From positions 32,366,001 to 32,430,000 of the forward strand of contig NC_045697.1 of assembly GCF_009834535.1 (NCBI RefSeq): DNA of 64,000 nucleotides, read 5' to 3'. The notes below the pieces were generated by a model, which had not been told where the DNA came from, made no database searches, and saw only the letters and a program-made list of their open reading frames with translations. Below are positions 60,810 to 64,000 of this stretch, piece after piece (the stretch's first letter is position 1; each line of letters starts with the position of its first letter). A program made the position numbers and the translations under genes. This DNA is from Camelus ferus (Eukaryota).

Positions 60810-62950
60810 CATTAAGGAATTAAATGATGCGTGCTCTTCTGTGCCAAGTTCCCCTCCTCAACCCTTTTAACAGTTTGTAATGCACAATGTGGGATCCCTA
60901 TAACTTAAGCTTTATCAGTATGAATCCTGCAGATATTCTCTCAAATGGCTGTACAATAATTTATGCAGTCAGTCCCTTATTAGACATATAATCTTCTTGG
61001 CATCTACAGAGATGAATGTAATGTTTTCACATTTTGATAAACATTACTGATTCTATTCTAATCACTAATAAACTGTTTGCCTTCCTATTTTATGTGCTAC
61101 TGGTTTCAATTTGCTCATGTTTTATTTCAGATTATTAATATATTTTAATTTGCTGGCTTATTTATTTATATTTTCTTTATGAGATTGCTTTTTAGTGCTT
61201 TTTGGTATGTAACCTTTGTCAGGTAGGGGTCAGTGTTGTTGATCTCAGTAAACTGGTGGTCTGACTTCTTTTTATTTTCTGGATCAATTTAGGGAGAATT
61301 AGTATTTCTTCTTCCTCAAAAGTTAAAAGGAATTATGTAACTATCTGGGCCTGGAGCTTGCTTAGGGGCAGCTATGTGATAATCTCAAATTTTCAAAATT
61401 TAAATTATTTAGTATGGAACTTGCAAGTTTCTACTTGATGTCAGGTAAACCTTCAAATTTATATTGCTCATAAAATATTAATTTCATATTAATATTCATA
61501 TTTATATTGTTTAATAAGATATCAAAAATTGATTTGTATCTATGATTTTTCTCTACTTAGTTTTTAGATTTTAACTTTATTTCCTCCATGACTAGCTTTT
61601 CTGATGCTTGCTTACTGTATTTTATTTTAATTTTACTTATTTTGTTGATTTTTCTCATAAAAATCAGTTCATGGGCTGTTTTGTACTTTAAAAATTATTA
61701 ATTTCTCCTTTATGCTTTACCAGTTCTTTCATCCTACTTCCCTTGGCTTATTCAGTTATATTTTTCTAAAGTTTTGAATTAGTTACTTGACTCATTTATC
61801 TTCATTTCATATGTAAATTAGCTATTTAAATCCATCATCCTCTGATGAAAACTTTAGTTATATTCCATAAATATAAATTTTTAAAAGTATTTCTCTTTAT
61901 ATTTTGTAAAATTTTGGCAGTACTTTGAGAAATACTTTAGGGTATTTTTGAATGGTTCTTTACTACGTTTTCTTAGCATTTATTGCAGTTTATGAAACAA
62001 ATTATGCTCTGATTTTTTTGTGCATAAAAGTTTATGGCATTTTTTTGTGGTATGTATTCTTTAAAATTATAAATTGTCCTTCAAAATCTATTTACTGCTA
62101 CTCAACATGAATTAAACCTTATTTGATAATTAAGACATGGTTCTCATTTCAAACATTTTTAGGTTACTTGTATATATCACTGGGTTTTGCTTTGAGCCAT
62201 TTTTAGAGGCTTTTGTTTGTTTGTTTAAGTGAATATTTCTGATCTCTTGATGTGACACAAGAGTTTCTATTTATGCCTATAATTAATTTGTCTCATATTT
62301 TCTTTTTATTATGCCTTAAAAAATTGCTCACTCAACCTTTGTTGTATTTGAGTTGGAGTGTGTGTGTGTGTTCATTTTTAGAATGTGAAGCTTTATCTTT
62401 ATCATTTATTTTCTTTGAGTCATTAAGTTATAGCTATTTATCAGTAATCTTTAAATTTTTTGATCGTATACTATTAGTAAACAAAAAATTCAAAACAGAA
62501 TCCCAATATGTATAAATATATATATATACTTTTTATATGTAAAAGTTTCAGTATGTATATTATATGCATGAAAAATAAATTTATCTCATATTCCAGATAC
62601 AAACACCTACAGGTAGAAATGGCAATATTTTATTTTGATACCTTGGGAAATCTTATATAATTCCTGTGGTATAGACAATACTGAATCTTAATGTAGTAAT
62701 TTTAGGCATTATCTATTGACTTCACAGTCTAGAATAAGGTAATGTGTGTGCTTTTATTTCACTCCAGCTTCCCTAAATGCATTATTACTGCTTAACTTCC
62801 CCCACCTAATTACATTATTTCCAGCTCTTATGATGGTGACATTTGCATCTTAAATGAAATACTTACACCTCTTTTACTCAGTATCAATTTTAAGTGGTTT
62901 CTACCAAATTCTCACTCCTTGTTCTGAAAAATTAGGTTACTAGAGGCTTT
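60810..62950 (-). mobile_element. Ancient L1M internal region; related pieces at about 59150-59330 and 59850-60240
   Basis: Very T-rich degenerate antisense ORF2 motifs ('aactatctgggcctggag', 'ctttagttatattccataaat'). Confidence 0.5.
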
Positions 62951-63074
62951 TCAAACTGGTCTCCACTTACATGGCTTCTTTTAAACATTGCTTTTCTTTT
63001 CTCTCTGTGAAACATAACTGATGGACGTCCACCACGTGTGAAACACATTTCCCGGCGACCTTGATGTATCTTGC

Positions 63075-63362
63075 TCTAGCAGATTGTATTTTCCAAAGAT
63101 GGATGAAACAGTATGTTGCCTCCCAGATGCTCTTCTACCATCTGACCTTGCCAACCTGCCACCTCTGCCCTCTCCGCTTCAATCTGGGTGGATAGAATGT
63201 TGCTCTTGACCAACTGAATGCAGTGGAAATGCTGTTGTGTAACCTGCACACCTAGGTGAGAAAAGGCCTTGCAGCTTCGGCTTGTCTTGAGATACTCTTT
63301 TTAGTGACAATCAGGGGCTGTGGAGGAAGTGAGACCATCATGCTGGAGAGGACACATGTAAA
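63075..63362 (+). mobile_element. MaLR LTR 5' part (MLT1H-like)
   Basis: 'agcagattgtattttccaaagatgg...gctcttctaccatctgaccttgcc...aatctgggtgga...ttgaccaactgaatgcagtggaa...ccatcatgctggagagg'. Confidence 0.75.
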
Positions 63363-64000
63363 TCCTGGATGTCCCTAAATCCTCTTTTACCTTTATATTT
63401 GGAAGTTCCTTCACCCTCCTCCACCTTTTCTCCCTTTTGCTGAATAACTAGCTCACTTATGGTATCCCTCTGCTGTTACAGAATATCTTTGCTGATTTCT
63501 TTCAGCTGTGCCTTATGTTCTTGCTTTGATGGATGTCATGTTTTCTTCTGTATCATGTTTTAGTTCAAGAAATAGTAGTCAGGATTTTCACTAGTTATGT
63601 ACAGACATTATTTTATGTGCTGTTCAGCTGCCTTTGATTTGTGATTTTCTCTTTTTCTTCCTAGTACAGTAATTTTACATAGATATTTTTAAATTACTTA
63701 TATTTAAATCAAGGTTTTCTAGGATCAGATAGTTTATTTTTCTGTAAATAATGGTAGATGTGTCTGGAGAGTTAGCAGTAATGACAGGCAGTTTGAACTT
63801 AGTTCTGTGGTCTATGGAAACTTTCTCGTCAACACTTGCCTTTTTGACTAGATTTAGAAAGTCCCATTGGCTCAGAATGAAGCCTTGCATGTTTTTGTGG
63901 GTTTCCTTTGTTTTTCTCTTTTTTCCCCCTCCCCTGATACTTCTTTTCAGATGACAGAAATTGGCAGGTGCAGAGCTTCTCATGACTTATAATTTTTCCT

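Noticed and set aside
63895..63975. Strong plus-strand acceptor before ATGACAG at 63951
   Set aside because: All frames stop within about 40 nt, the only nearby donor (CAG|GTGCAG) is weak, and the window ends before it can be judged.
470..63983. The many 60-150 aa ORFs in the six-frame track as host genes
   Set aside because: Apart from L1 ORF2 remnants they have no recognisable domains, often start at GTG/TTG, and overlap repeats or low-complexity DNA; this is what chance gives in 64 kb.

Overview
AT-rich mammalian non-coding DNA, either deep intronic or intergenic. No host protein-coding exon, RNA gene or CpG island could be recognised. The only protein-like ORFs are LINE-1 ORF2 remnants (8548..9222, 7027..7257, 25289..25480, all minus strand). 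Much of the window is transposon-derived: old eutherian L2, MIR, L1M, MLT1/ERVL and MER34-like LTRs, MER20/MER63/MER81/MER102-like hAT elements and a Tigger-type element, plus a few young L1 3' ends with visible target-site duplications. The young L1 3'UTRs and the absence of any Alu, B1/B2, SINEC, PRE1, Bov-A/Bov-B or CHR SINE point to a camelid-like cetartiodactyl (inference from memory of consensus sequences, not a database search). The best-supported unusual items are an apparent L1 3' transduction of about 155 bp bracketed by a 12-bp TSD (8063-9400), two near-perfect 68- and 76-bp tandem duplications inside L2 fossils, and a chimeric L1 3' end. Splice-site and enhancer candidates are motif-level only. 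I see no evidence for a new biological system. Subfamily names and boundaries of old repeats are approximate.
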